Source of the DNA: Eledone cirrhosa
Lineage: Eukaryota
Assembly (NCBI GenBank): GCA_964016885.1
Contig: OZ024740.1
Location: forward strand, 105,338,001-105,402,000
DNA: 64,000 bases
Reading direction: 5' to 3'
Below the pieces are notes generated by a model. It was given only the letters and a program-made list of their open reading frames with translations. It ran no database searches and had not been told where the DNA came from. Positions 40,201 through 53,231 of this stretch are shown in pieces (position 1 is the stretch's first letter; every line of letters starts with the position of its first letter). Both the position numbers and the translations under genes were made by a program.

Positions 40201-41989
40201 CACCACCAACATCTAATCTGGTCCCTCTGTTATACACTAGTGTCCTTCCCCTCACCACCAACATCTGGTCTGGTCCCTCTGTTACACACTACTGTCCTTC
40301 CTCTCACCACTAAGATCTGGTTTGGTACCTATCTTATACAAGATTGTCATTCCTCTCAGAACCATCTGGTCTGGTACCTCTGTTATACACGATTATTAAT
40401 GAAATTAGTTGCTAATAAAATGCTCAGAATGGTGTAAGACGAAAAGCATTAAAAACTGATAGGAAACCCTGTCCGATGGATCTTCGTTGATTTGACAATG
40501 AATTTTCTACTTGTTCGATTAACGGAACAAACTGCTCATGGCATTAATATGCAAGTGACTGAGCATTTCATTGACGTATGTATCCTTGATGCAATTCCCA
40601 GGGAGATTCAGCGCGACACAGTGTATTACAAAGCTGGCTCTATCAATTACTGGTACATTCCACCCTAATGACTTCTTAACAGTTTCCGTCTACAAAATTT
40701 TATCAAGGGTCTTGGTTTGATGCCATGTTGTAAGATCGAACCCTGAACGTTAGGATTGCGAAGCGAACTTCTTAACCATTCGGCCATGCTGTACACACAC
40801 GAATCCTGTCGAGTAATAATAAGAGATAAGCTTCAGATGGGTCTATTCGGCGATTCTGTTTCAATTTCCGGTGCCATTTCTTACGAAATTATCTTAAAAT
40901 TGTTAACGTGTCTTTGGAAAAATCCCTGAATATCAAACTGTCGTATATTTCTCTTTCACCACAAATCCTTATATTGGAGTGGAGTGATGTATATATATAT
41001 ATATATATAACCCATGTGCAACCACGCAGCACTCCATTTTTCTTACATTTATATATATATTTATATATATATATATATAATTTAGCGAGAATCGTATTTC
41101 GGCTGGTAGAAAAAGCGAAACGAAACGCAAAATCGTAGAAATATATTATATATATATATACACATATATATATATATGAAGAAATCAATTTTATCAGATT
41201 AAACAACAAATAAAATCCATATGTCATTACAAGATTTAATTAAGGATGCCGCAACTAGTGTAATGCATTTGTTAAGTGCATTCAGTATGGTTGATATTGT
41301 AAAAAAATTACAAACAAAACGAAAAAAAAAATCTAAATGACTATTGCCGTCGTCTCGTCGTTATCATCATCACCATCACCATCACCTTATTCTTCTTCTT
41401 CTTCTTCTTCTTCTTCTTGTCCCACTACTATCAGAATGAAATGATTACTTTTATCATCAAAGCCGTAGTGGAATAGAAACGTTTGAGTGTGGACTAAATG
41501 GCTTATAGTATTGAGTTCCATCCCTTTACAAATCCCGCCAGGGATCGATATTTTTTAATCTTTCATATGTACAAGTGTGTTGGTAGTTATGCTGGTGGTG
41601 GTGGTGGTAGTGGTTGATTCAATCTATTATATCCTTTTCCCTTTCAAATTTATGGCACTGTGTCAATGTAAGAATTGTTTATTAGATAGCTGCCACTAAC
41701 TATCGAGGATACTTTTGTAAGTATCAGCATGTATCATTCTTTCGCTAATGGCTTTAGGTGCTCATGTAGTTGTGAACAGATATAGACACTCTTCTGACTT
41801 TCCCACATATAATCCAGCTGCACATGAGTGAATTATTATCGGCGTACAACGGCGGTGGATTGGCAGGATTGGGAGCGCGTCGAACAAATGCTTAGCAGTA
41901 TTTGTTCTGAGTTCAAATCTCGCCGAGGTCAACTTTGTTTTCAATCCTTTCAAGATCGATAAAATATAGTACTAGATAGCCCCAAGTCT

Positions 41990-42220
41990 GTCTCGATCCT
42001 GGACGTTCATCAGGCCGATGCTTATCCTGATTTCCGTGGCGTGAAGCGACTAAGAATACAAGACTCCCTGCTGGTACTCATTTTCAACTGAGAATATTGG
42101 AGTAACGTAAAATGAAGTGTTTTGCTCAAGAACATGACATACAACCCAGTCAAGGAATCGAACCCAAGACATTATGATCATAAGTCCAACACCCTTACCA
42201 CTAAGTACCGCACCTCCACA
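41990..42220 (-). mobile_element. CORE/MIR-like tRNA-derived SINE
   Basis: Minus-strand tRNA-like head (tagtggtaagggtgttggac...ggttcgattcc) followed by the core tgttcttgagcaaaacacttcattt. Related pieces at 40500-40790 and 62335-62560. Confidence 0.65.
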
Positions 42221-42792
42221 TTAGTTAAGTACCGGAGTCGATATAATCGACTTTCCCCCACTAAACTGCTGGCATTGAGGCAAGATTAAACATTTTTTAT
42301 TAGCATGCACCTTGATATCTCTGTTGGCTTTAGGTGGCCATATAGTCGAGTGGCGAACAGATTCCTTAAAGATTCTTATACACTTGGCCCAGTGGAACAT
42401 CCATGATGTGACAGCCTTAGTGGGAAAAGGGCTGCACTAGCAGAATGTTAGTACTATGTTTACCGAACCAGAAAAGATGAAAGGTAAAGCATCCTCAGCG
42501 TTGTTTGAACTCAAAGTGCAGAGAGCCGGAACAAATCTTACAACACCTTCTATCCGACACTAAAACGACAACTAATCCGCTGCTCTATATAATGTAAGAA
42601 TTATTAAAATCATTATTACTGTTGCATCGCCAACGTTGAGTCTTTGAGATTTTCTTGTGTCACATTTCTGACGAGAACATCTGTTACTGATACTCCAGGC
42701 GCTCTATTGTTATATATACACATGTGTTCTCTCTCTCTCTCTCTCTCGCTACCTCTTTCTTTCTCTCTCTATCTCTTTCTTTCTCTCTCTCA

Positions 42793-42861
<69 letters not shown>

Positions 42862-42889
42862 GTCTTTCTCTCTCTATATGTGCATGGAT

Positions 42890-42970
<81 letters not shown>

Positions 42971-43522
42971 GAGAAGATGAGAAATAAAAATGTTTTTCTT
43001 TTTTTGCCAGGATATAAAGAAAGATATGAGAACTGTCAACCATTTCCACCAGCCGAGGGCTACAAATTTCATGCAGTAAGTGCTATCATCCATAGTGAAC
43101 ATATGCGAAATATACACTCACCTAACTTTAACATACGTACAAGGTTTCTTTCATGTAGGTCTTCCCATATGAAAGCCCCCACATTTGTTGCTCACATTTG
43201 CTTCCAAAAAACCTTTCAAATTCATCTTCACTCTATCCCTCTCATCACATATGTATGGTCTTCAAGTGAGAAACTTTTCCGATTAGTAAACTTTCACGTG
43301 AACGTGTTTACGTATTCAGTCAGCCTGCTAGAAATAGCAGCCAAACGTCCCTCATATCACACCATACCATCGTAAAAAGGGTAAAGAGACATTGAATAAT
43401 GTCGTCCTATATACAGTATGTTAAACAAAATATCTTGCTTTGTCCACATGGAAGTATTACTGTGTAACTTTAAAATTTAGTAGTTCGTTGACGATCAATG
43501 TTTGAACAATAGGAAAATACTC

Positions 43523-43561
<39 letters not shown>

Positions 43562-43562
<1 letters not shown>

Positions 43563-44495
43563 TAGCAGCAGGACCCGGCGTTGCACGGGGTAGGAAACGT
43601 GAAATAGCAACACGCATATGTAAAGATTGAAGAATGTAGCTGTGTACTTTTTGAATTCCCTTATTCTCAGGGAATGATTGTTCATCTACTGGAAACGTAG
43701 AACACCAGCAGGCCAGTATCGTGAAACAGCTGCATGCATGTGCAAAACCTGAAGAAAATCAGCTGGATACTCTTTAAGCGTACTAAATCTTAGATTATGA
43801 TTTTTCTTCCATTTGGAGAAAATCGGTTAGGTACTTTTCGAGTTTTATAGATTCGCAACACAGCAACAAAGGTACGACAAAATGGGTCGCCCCGGTATTA
43901 GCACAACCGCTGTTCAGCGTACTTGTGCAGGGTGTTCATACTGCGGTGTAGGTGTAACAAAAGGGGTCTTAGTAGAAGTAGCACAGACGTGAATTTTACG
44001 GTGTTAATAACACGGCAACGTACACAGGGCCCGGATTTGCGCGCGATGAAAGCATAAAGCGTCAACAGGACGCCGACAAAAATTTTTTAAGTCCTCCTCA
44101 TTTCCTCAATACCCCGAAAATGGTCCTGCTTAAAAGTAAATAAGTGTTGTGTCCTCTGTTAAATAAACCAAATTTTTAACGAAATATTATACGCTACTTA
44201 CAGTGTTTAAATATCATCTATATTGAAAATGAAAATGGCATGTAATGCCCAATGCTAATTCGAAAATTTCCTAGAACCAATTAATGGAATCTGAACTTTT
44301 TTGTCCATAGCAATGCGAGGGGACTAACTAATGTGTGCTGCAAATTTCGAGGAAATCGGCTGGATTATCTTTAAGTTACGCCTCAAAAAAGCCTAAAAAA
44401 GCCTAAGAAATACGGTTTTTCGCCTAATGCGAAGGGCTGGAAAAGTTAAAACTATTACTTTTGTATCTCAAGGAGTCAAGTTCTGTGTTCATGCA
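43562..44495 (-). mobile_element. Non-autonomous Helitron, second family (3' end intact)
   Basis: Minus strand ends CCCGTGCAACGCCGGG (hairpin)-TCCTGCTG-CTAG|T into (TA)n. Internal repeated aaaatcgg-type motifs. 5' end not found. Confidence 0.75.
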
Positions 44496-44496
44496 T

Positions 44497-44854
44497 TTAT
44501 CTGTGGTCGGGCAATGCCCTGGCCCACGAGGTTGCTGGATTGAAGAGGTCTAACATGTATATATGTACTCTAAACCAGAATCGATATACTCTTCTTCTCG
44601 TGTCCCTTTGCGGGTCTTTATACATCGGACAAACGGGACGCCGTGTGGCGGACCGTTTTGCTGAGCATTTGGATACTCGGTTTGGATACATCAGTCACTC
44701 ACCATTTCTGTTCTCCTGGTCATTTTTCCCTACATGTTTCAGACCTGGGTGTCCTTTTACATCATGGATCACAGGCCTCGCGCACCAGGACTGAACAGAG
44801 TCTGATTCACCGCCTTGGGTCCTATTCCCCTCTTGGACTCAACTCACCTCCCAA
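44497..44854 (+). mobile_element. Penelope GIY-YIG fragment
   Basis: CGSLYIGQTGRRVADRFAEHL...VTHHF..H...RTRTEQSLIHRLGS..PLGLN, frameshifted. Confidence 0.85.
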
Positions 44855-47478
44855 TCTAAACTATAATAAAGTAAGAAGTGCAGGACTGCGTACGGTTTAT
44901 TTCTTTTAATCCAGTTAGTAAAATAAGTTGGATTACTTTCAATAAATAATGAATGAATATTATATAATTTATGTACTAAATTTCGTAACTAAATTTCGTA
45001 AATATAAATAATATAAATAATTTAAAATTGACTTCTTTTCAAATTTCAAATTTCTACACTTCCGGTATATCGTCGCCACCACCACCACGTCAACTACCAT
45101 GTAAAAGAGAGAGTTTGTGATGAGAGAGATACAGATAGAGTGATTATGATTTTCTACACGCTGACGCGTAAGATTGTGCACATACATACATCTATATGTA
45201 TGAGTATATAACTATTATGAGTATATAATTATAATCGCGCAAACACAAACTTATAAAATTACACGCTCACGAACATACATTCAGATAAATACACATACTT
45301 TCACACATATACATTTACACAAACACATATTCACACATATACATTTACACAACACACATTCACACATACATTTACACATACAGTCATGATAGCAGCGGTC
45401 GATGAATTAGAAGTAAAAGTATAATGTTTTATTTATTTATTAACAACACAGTTTAACTCTTTAAAAAATCATTTGTATAAAAATTTGATATAATGCTTAC
45501 ATAACGAAAACAAACAAATATAATATATACAAAGGAAAGGAAAACGAAAAAAAGAAAGAGAAAAAATACACAAGTACGTAATGCACACATCTAAGATCAC
45601 GTAGGTTGGATAATGTAGTTAGCTAACAGAACACGGTATTTTAGGATTTTGTTCCGTTCGGCTGCGGATGCTGTAGCTCTGACCACTGCATCCAGGATGT
45701 GGGAAGAAGCAAAAGAGTCACTAACTGTGACGTCCCATTCACACAAATACACATACTTTCACACAAACACATACAAACATTCACACAAACATACATTCAC
45801 ACATATGCATTTACACAAACACACACATACAGTCATGATAGCGTTCGGTGAATTGGAAATGGGAGGGTAAAATACTTTTTATTTATTTATTAACAACACA
45901 GTTTAACTCTTTTTTTTTTTAAAACTCATTTGTAGAGAAATTAAATATAATGATTACAGAACAAATATAATATATACAAAGGAAAGGGAAAGGAAAAAAA
46001 AGAAAGAGAAAAAATACACAAGCACGTAATACCCACATCTTAGACCACATAGAACAATATGCAGGCGAAAGAGTAGGAAAAACGAGACGCTTCCAGAGCA
46101 AAAGATAGCAATATAGCAAGGAGCACGGGGAAACCTCTCTAATAATTTGAGATGCAAGCCAGCACGCTCGCAGCGTTACCTGAGGTGATGGCGAGGCTGA
46201 GGTGCTGGAACAACCAAGTGCCCTTACGAGCATCAGCAGTTACCTCTGTTTGGCGAGCCGCCAGTGAAGGTAAGAACCTCGCTGTCAGTAGCCAGACTCC
46301 CCCAAACGTCTCGAATGCCACAGGCTGGATAATGTAGTTAGTTGACAGAACAAGGTATTTTAGGATTTGTTCCGTTCAGCTGCAGATGTTGTAGCTCTCT
46401 CCCTTATTGCTGCATCCAGAATATGGGAAGAAACAAAAGAGTCACTAACTGTGACGTCCCAGGTAGGGCACATGCCTCTTGACCAGGAGCACAGAGTAAG
46501 ACGGTTCCAAAGTTGAGGGGATGTTTGCCCGGGTCAAATCACTTAAGTGGTAATAGGGTGTATGTGTATGTGTGCGCGCGTGAGTTGTCGGCTTTCTTAG
46601 ATTACAGACGTGTGTGTCACTGTTTTTAAGTTAGAGACATATATGTGTGTATCCCTTTCTTTCCTTTTACACACATACATTCACACAAATACACAAACAC
46701 ACATATACATTGTGTGATGGACGGGTGGATAAAAGTCCCTCAAATTTATATACATGTGAATGGAGTTCTACTGAAGCAGTTAGAGAAGTTCAAGTATCTT
46801 GGAGCCGTGTTCATGAGTGATGGCATGCAGGAGGCTGAATTAAGTGCAAGAATAGCAAAAGCTAATGCAGTAATGCGCCAGCCTCAGCAATCAGAAAATG
46901 AGGGTAGGTGTAAAAGCCAAACTCGCTGTCTTCCTGCCAACTCTTACCGAGGATGATGATTCTTGAGTAATGACCAAAAGAATACAATTTCAAATAAAAG
47001 TGGCAGAAATGGGATTCCTCCGAAGGGTCTTTGGAGTAACGTTACTCGATAAAGTGCATAACTCAGAGACCAGAGAGTCACTCCTGGTAGAGCCGCTACT
47101 TCTCAGAATTGAGAGATCACAATTCCGATATCATGTGGTAGAATTCTCAGTAAAGAATCGCTGAACACATTTTACAGCCAAACCAACCGGCAAGAGACCC
47201 AGAGGTAGACCCTGAGCAAGATAGTTGGATAATATCCATTAGCTTGGCTGGTCACGCTTTGGGATCCAGCAGGATCAGTTAGAGATGTTTGCTACTGACA
47301 GACTCGCTGGCAGGAGTGTTTGAGAAGGACTCTGTCCCCACGACCCTCTCAGAAATAAGTGGGCGAAGAAGATATTGTCAATTTACTTTTCAATTTACAT
47401 ATATATATTTGCGTATAATACCAATATGCACACTACATATGCTAGCAGAAAACCGCACGCGGGCGGTTTTTCTGCTCG
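44855..47478 (+). mobile_element. Complete ~2.6-kb non-autonomous Helitron carrying CRE and RTE LINE fragments
   Basis: A|TCTAAACTATAATAAAG ... GCAGAAAACCGCACGCGGGCGGTTTTTCTG-CTCG|T. Internal partial duplication (45290-45600 vs 45740-46045). Confidence 0.75.
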
Positions 47479-47752
47479 TAATAATAATAATAATAATAAT
47501 AATTGTTTCTACTTTAGGCACAAGGCCAGCAATTACCCAGTGCATTACTGGTACTTTATTTTATCGACCGTGTAAGGATGAAAGGCAAAAATAATAATAA
47601 TAAGAGGAAGAAAAATTAATGTTCACATACATGTTCATTCAGAGCAGAGAGTTCATTTCTCTGTCCATCCTTCTCTGCTTATAACTTGGTTGTGACGTCA
47701 TAACCAAGCTATAAGCAGACACACATACACACACACAAACACACACACAAAA

Positions 47753-47862
<110 letters not shown>

Positions 47863-47989
47863 ATATGTACACGCACACATGCTTACGTATGTGAACAAGT
47901 GTAGCTCTTTTTACAAAACGGTTTTTTTCCATTTCAGGTAGACGCGCTCCATCATCCAATTTTCTAAAAAATAAATCATATACAAAACG

Positions 47990-48223
47990 CTAGCACCAAC
48001 AGTTTTCCAAGAGATGTCAACATGAATGGACCTGTTATTTTTATGTAAATAGATTTTTTCCAATTCCAACCCGCCCGTCCCCTCAAACTATCTCTTTTCT
48101 CATTCTTTCTTCTGATGAAGGACTAGTGTCCGAAAGGTTAATACCTCTTCCTGCTATATCAAGCGTTAACCTAATATATTCCTTCCATATACTGTACCGA
48201 TTGTGTTGTTATTTCTGGTTACC

Positions 48224-48230
<7 letters not shown>
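47990..48230 (+). mobile_element. Penelope pLTR fragment with hammerhead core
   Basis: CTGATGA-AGGAC-tagt-GTCC-GAAA at 48112-48135. Diverged direct copy at 49255-49497. Confidence 0.65.
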
Positions 48231-48299
<69 letters not shown>

Positions 48300-48301
<2 letters not shown>

Positions 48302-49253
48302 GAAAAAGTTTGTCCTCATCAGTGGCCATCCAACCGTCGTAGGCATTTCGTCGCATTAAAGGGCATATACCTCAGGTTGGTGCGAGCAACGGCTAAAAAA
48401 AAGTCGTTGGGACACGTAAATAAAGGGGACGCTAGGGTAAACAAACAAAATGGTTTAAGCAGCAGAAAGAGAGGAAGAAGGAAACAAGTCCCAGATTTCT
48501 ATGAATATAAATTCGGTGGAATCGTGAACGAGAGAATAAAGACCATCAAACCTGGTTGAAATATGAGCAAGGAAGGAATTTCGCACAGGTCTAACGGGAG
48601 GAAGAAGGGGTCTGGTCTGCGAATTCGGTAAACATAAGTTCTGTGAAGTCGCAGACGAGAGAGAGAGAGAAAAAAAATTCATACCGGCTTGGCCAAGTAC
48701 CCGCGAGAAAAGGATTGTGGACAGGTCAAACGGGAAGAAAGGGGAGGAGGAGAGGTAGTGACAGAGAGTGAGTGAGTGAAAGGTGAGGAAGAGGCTAACA
48801 GAGAGAGACTGCTAGAAAGGGTAAAGACACAAAGAACGAAACAGACTGGTGGCAGCGGAGGAAAAAATATATGTGTAAATATGATAATAATGGAGCTGCG
48901 GCGCTGCAAATGGGTTACATATGAAAAAGTTTGTTCTCATCAGTGGCCATCCAACCGTCGTAGGCATTTCGTCGCATTAAAGGCCATATACCTCAGGTTG
49001 GTGCGACGGCTAAAAAAAAGTCGTTGGGACACGTAAATAAAGGGGACGCTAGGGTAAACAAACAAAATGGTTTAAGCAGCAGAAAGAGAGGAAGAAGAAA
49101 ACAAGTCCCAGATTTCTATGAATATAAATTCAGTGGAATCGTGAACGAGGGAATAAAGACCATCAAACCTGGTTGAAATGTGAGCAAGGAAGGAATTTCG
49201 CACAGGTCTAACGGGAGGAAGAAGGGGTCTGGTCTGCGAATTCGGTAAACATA
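48300..49253 (-). mobile_element. ~620-bp non-coding element, 1.5 head-to-tail units
   Basis: Sequence at 48301 recurs at 48922 (period 621). Homologous to 37240-38008. Confidence 0.8.
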
Positions 49254-49507
49254 CGCCAGCATCAACAGTTTTCCAAGAGATGGCAACATGGATAGACGTG
49301 TTATTTTTCTCTAAAACATTTTCTCCGATTCCGTCCCGCTCATCCCTTCATTCTTTCTAATTTCTCATTATTTTTCCTGGTGAAGGACTAGCGTCCGAAC
49401 CGTTAAGAGCCTTTTCCTGCTATTTCAACCGTTAACCTAATATATTCCCTCCATATTCTGTACCAATTGTGTTGTTCTTTCTGTTTACCTTTTACATACA
49501 TACATAC

Positions 49508-52414
49508 CAGTGGGGAAGGGTACCTGGAAAGCAGGGCATGCAGTCCAATCGCCATGGCGGAAAGTGGGGCTGTGCAGCCAATTCGCAAACATTTTCAGTC
49601 CTTTCCACCATTTGTAAATGTGATGTGAGCTAATTTTAATGAGAAAATCCCTGTCTACCAACAGACTAATCTTCAGTCTTAATACCCCTCTCCACTAGAC
49701 ATGATGTCTCCCTATTAATAACAACCTAGCAGCAAGCCTGTCATGATATTGATTACGTCAGAAATATGAGTAAATAATAAAAATTTGAAATAATATTTAA
49801 AATAGTATACATACTTATTGGGATCTTTTATGAAAATTCATCTGTAAATCAGTTCAATTCTTCGATTCTTTTTGGCAAATTCATCGATCACTTTATTATA
49901 AAATGTATCAGGACCTCGCTCTACCTTCATCTTCTTCAAAAGGTCTTTCTTCATGGAAATTATGACCAAATTGCTCAATCTCTCTTCACTTTAAGAACAC
50001 CTCATATAATTATTAACTCTCTTTAATGAAGAAAACGATCTCTCACATGAAGCAGATGTAGTAGGTATGGTCAGAATTAGGTGCAATAATTTTGTTACTT
50101 CTGCCAGAGCTTCATTTAGTTCAAGTTCCAGTATAATGTTGCGATTTTCTGGATGCTTGACGCTTGCTTTGCAAAATCTGCAGCATAAACTGATTTCAGC
50201 TCGCATTTCAAGCCATCTAAATCAAACATGTTTGAATAGATATCCAAAGATGAAAATGCTTCCGTCGCAAATTTTCTTTCATAAGCGTGAAAAAGCTTCG
50301 GATTCAACAATTCAACAAATTTGAAACCTTTGCTCGACGTGAAAAATAACTTCATCCAAAATGTTAAACAAAGTTCTTAAAGCACCTTGTGGTTCTTGAT
50401 ATCGACCACCCTTCTCTGGTGGTTCAGCAACATCATCCAGAACCCGGCAGTAAAATTCCTCAAACTTGTTGTTCTTGATATTAACTAATTGTTTTTGGAA
50501 GTTTTCCACCTCATGAATGCACCTTGAAATATCAAGTGAACTTTTTTGAAGAATCGAAAACAGAATTTCTGACCCACACAATATGGTTTCAAAAACTACT
50601 AACAGAAATCTAAATTGAAAATCTTCGAGGATTGCAACGAATCCCCTTGCCTGTGCTAATTCTGAAGCATTCCAATGCTCTGGATTTTCTAATATTGTTG
50701 AAAACATAGTAATTTTATTGGATAAAATAGATACCTGTCGAGATGAATAATTCCAACGTGTCTCAGGCAATTTTGGAAATCGCCTTTCAATTATTTCATC
50801 CAATAGAGCTATTCTAGTTGTTGATTTAGAAAAAAAGGTGAAATTCCTTTTAAAGTTTGAAAGAAAATTCGACATTCACGAATACTTGAAACTGATTGAG
50901 ATAGTACCAAATTAAATGAATGTGCATAACAATGAACAAAGATGAAGTTTGCACCAAAAGTCTCCTTTATTCTTGCTTACACTCCGTTCAAATGCCCAGC
51001 CATCACACTCACTCCATCTTAAGTTTGTGCAATGAATTTTTTTACCACAATTGAATTCATTAACGAATTTTCTGTCAGTGATGCAGCTCTTCTATCTTTA
51101 CTAACATCGACGTATCCCCAAAACCTTTCTTGAGGCTGTTCTTTCTCATCTACAAATCAAAAAACGCGTGATAATTGAGATTTCAATCGACAATCCGTCG
51201 TCTCATCAAACATAACAGCAACAACGGATGTTTTTTTGATCATTGCTTTAATTTCACATTTAATTGTAGCAGCTATACAATTAATGATCTCGTTTTGAAT
51301 ATCACTTGAAAGTCCAGAAAATATACAGTTAGCATTTTTCTTCACGAAATCTAAATGCGATCTTAAACAATCATTGTATTCCGCTACTGCTTCACATATA
51401 GCCAAAAAATCACCCTTATTGTTTGAGTCTTCTGTTTCATCGTGTCCTCGAATTGATAATTCTTGACAGGCCAAAATTTCAACGCAATAAATTAACCTTT
51501 TCAATACATCACGATTTTTCTCAACAGTTCTATTATGCAACTGAATCGAAGCTGCTTTCCAGTGATCGATCTCTGTATCAATTCGATGTCGACTAAAGAT
51601 TTTCAGAGCAATTACGGAACTAAAGTGGTTCTGAGATTTTTTGTGTCTTGTCAAAGCTGTAATCAAATTGTTCAAATCGCAGTAATCGGTGGTTGTCCAT
51701 GTATTACTATGGTGACAAAACAACAGACATGGAAAACAGAACAATTTGTTCAGAATGGGACCCCGTCATCCACTCATATTGTTCATAATATTTAGAATCA
51801 AAATAACGATAACATTCCTTGCCGCTCACTTTCGTCTTTGTCTTAATTTCAAGCTTAGGTTTATCTCTTCCAAGAATGATAATATTCTTTCTCTCTTCAA
51901 AGCTTCTTAATGCAAAAGATCGAGAAAGTAGAGAAGAAACTGAATTAATTGACTCTTTTGCCATCATGTGGATGAATGAAAATGTGGAAAATGTAATTTT
52001 TGCGTAACTTTTTAAAAATTAACTTGATATATTTGAAATTAAAATTTAAAGCATTGGAATGAAAAAATTACCTATTCAATCATGAAAATTTAAACTTTAC
52101 CTATATAATCAGGAAAATCCCCCAGCTGAGGCGACACGTGTATATTCTAGAATCGTCGGTGAAATAAGTGGCCGGTTTGACCACTTCCCGTTTGGACCTC
52201 GTGTCGTTGACGCATGCATCCTTTGTTTAAAATCCCCAATAACGACGATTATACCTTTTTTCTGTACATTATAGTGCTTTTCTATTTCAAGATATTTATT
52301 TATTCTTCGTTATTTCCCTTTGCTTTTTACGTTCCAAGATATATACCTTCTTAATTCGTTATTTGATTCTCTAATTCTTCTCTTCCAGCATGGTTCCTTC
52401 CCCTTCCCCCCATG
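49508..52414 (-). mobile_element. Decayed hAT-superfamily DNA transposon (ZMYM1/DUF4371-like transposase)
   Basis: ORF pieces 51967 to ~49850: EWMTGS/FCFPCLLF..H..S..H (TTF-type zinc finger), RGHDE..NKGDF, DIQNEII, DETTD..QLS, HCYAH, ETRW, PTTSASCERSFSSLKR (hAT dimerisation). Imperfect TIRs CAGTGGGGAAGGG / CCCTTCCCCCCATG. No 8-bp TSD seen. Confidence 0.9.
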
Positions 52415-52417
52415 CTA

Positions 52418-52615
52418 TGGATTGGCGGTGGATTGGCAGTATCGGTAGAGGGTCGGACGGCATGCTTGCAGCATGGAGTTACGGGCCTTTACGATTTGAA
52501 TTCAAATCCTGCCGAGGTTAACTTTGCCTTTCATCCTTACGGGGTCGATAAAATAAACTACCAGTAATGCACTGGGATAATTGCTGGCCTTGTGCCAAAA
52601 GTAGAAACAATTATT
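52418..52615 (+). mobile_element. tRNA-derived SINE, full length
   Basis: ggcggtggattggcagtatcggtagag ... ttcaaatcc ... agaaacaattatt. Confidence 0.85.
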
Positions 52616-52791
52616 TGAATAAAAAGAAAAATAACGGAATGTTTACGGCTGCAGTACCTTTGATCAACGGTCTTTTTTCCTCAGGGATGACCTGTGACTA
52701 AACTGCTACTACTATTATTAGAACAACAACAGCAGCAGCAACTACTACTACTACTACTACTACTACTACAACAACAACAGCAGCAGCAGCA

Positions 52792-52844
<53 letters not shown>

Positions 52845-53081
52845 ATACTCCTACTACTACTGTTGTTTGGGGGTTTGATCTTTGCTTCCTTATGATATTG
52901 ATGGTTACTTTTCGGATGTTCTTGACATAGATGTAAATGCCACATCAAAATTTAACCCGTTTACTATCAAACCGTCTAAAACAGGTCCTGGTTTTATGAT
53001 ATAAAACTGTTCGTTTTAAAGTATTTATATTTCTATCAAATCCTTCTATGATAATTTTATATAAGAACCTTTGTTGAGCTA

Positions 53082-53231
53082 AGCAGTAAATAGTGATTTC
53101 TAATTTAGACACAAATATTTAGCAGTAAATAGTGATTTCTAATTTAGACACAAATATTTAGCAGTAAATAGTGATTTCTAATTTAGACACAAATATTTAG
53201 CAGTAAATAGTGATTTCTAATTTAGACACAA
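53082..53231 (+). repeat. 39-bp perfect tandem repeat, about 4 copies
   Basis: agcagtaaatagtgatttctaatttagacacaaatattt starting at 53082, 53121, 53160 and 53199. It includes the tail of the adjacent SINE. Confidence 0.92.

Noticed and set aside
49850-51967. Domesticated ZMYM1-like host gene
   Set aside because: Multiple frameshifts and stops, no introns, and TIR-like ends indicate a dead hAT transposon.
52694-52930. Poly-Leu/poly-Gln ORF (also 58772-58999)
   Set aside because: CTA/CAG/CAA trinucleotide microsatellites with no splice or domain evidence.
53082-53231. 39-bp repeats as a possible CRISPR array
   Set aside because: The units are contiguous and identical with no spacers. It is a simple tandem duplication including a SINE tail.
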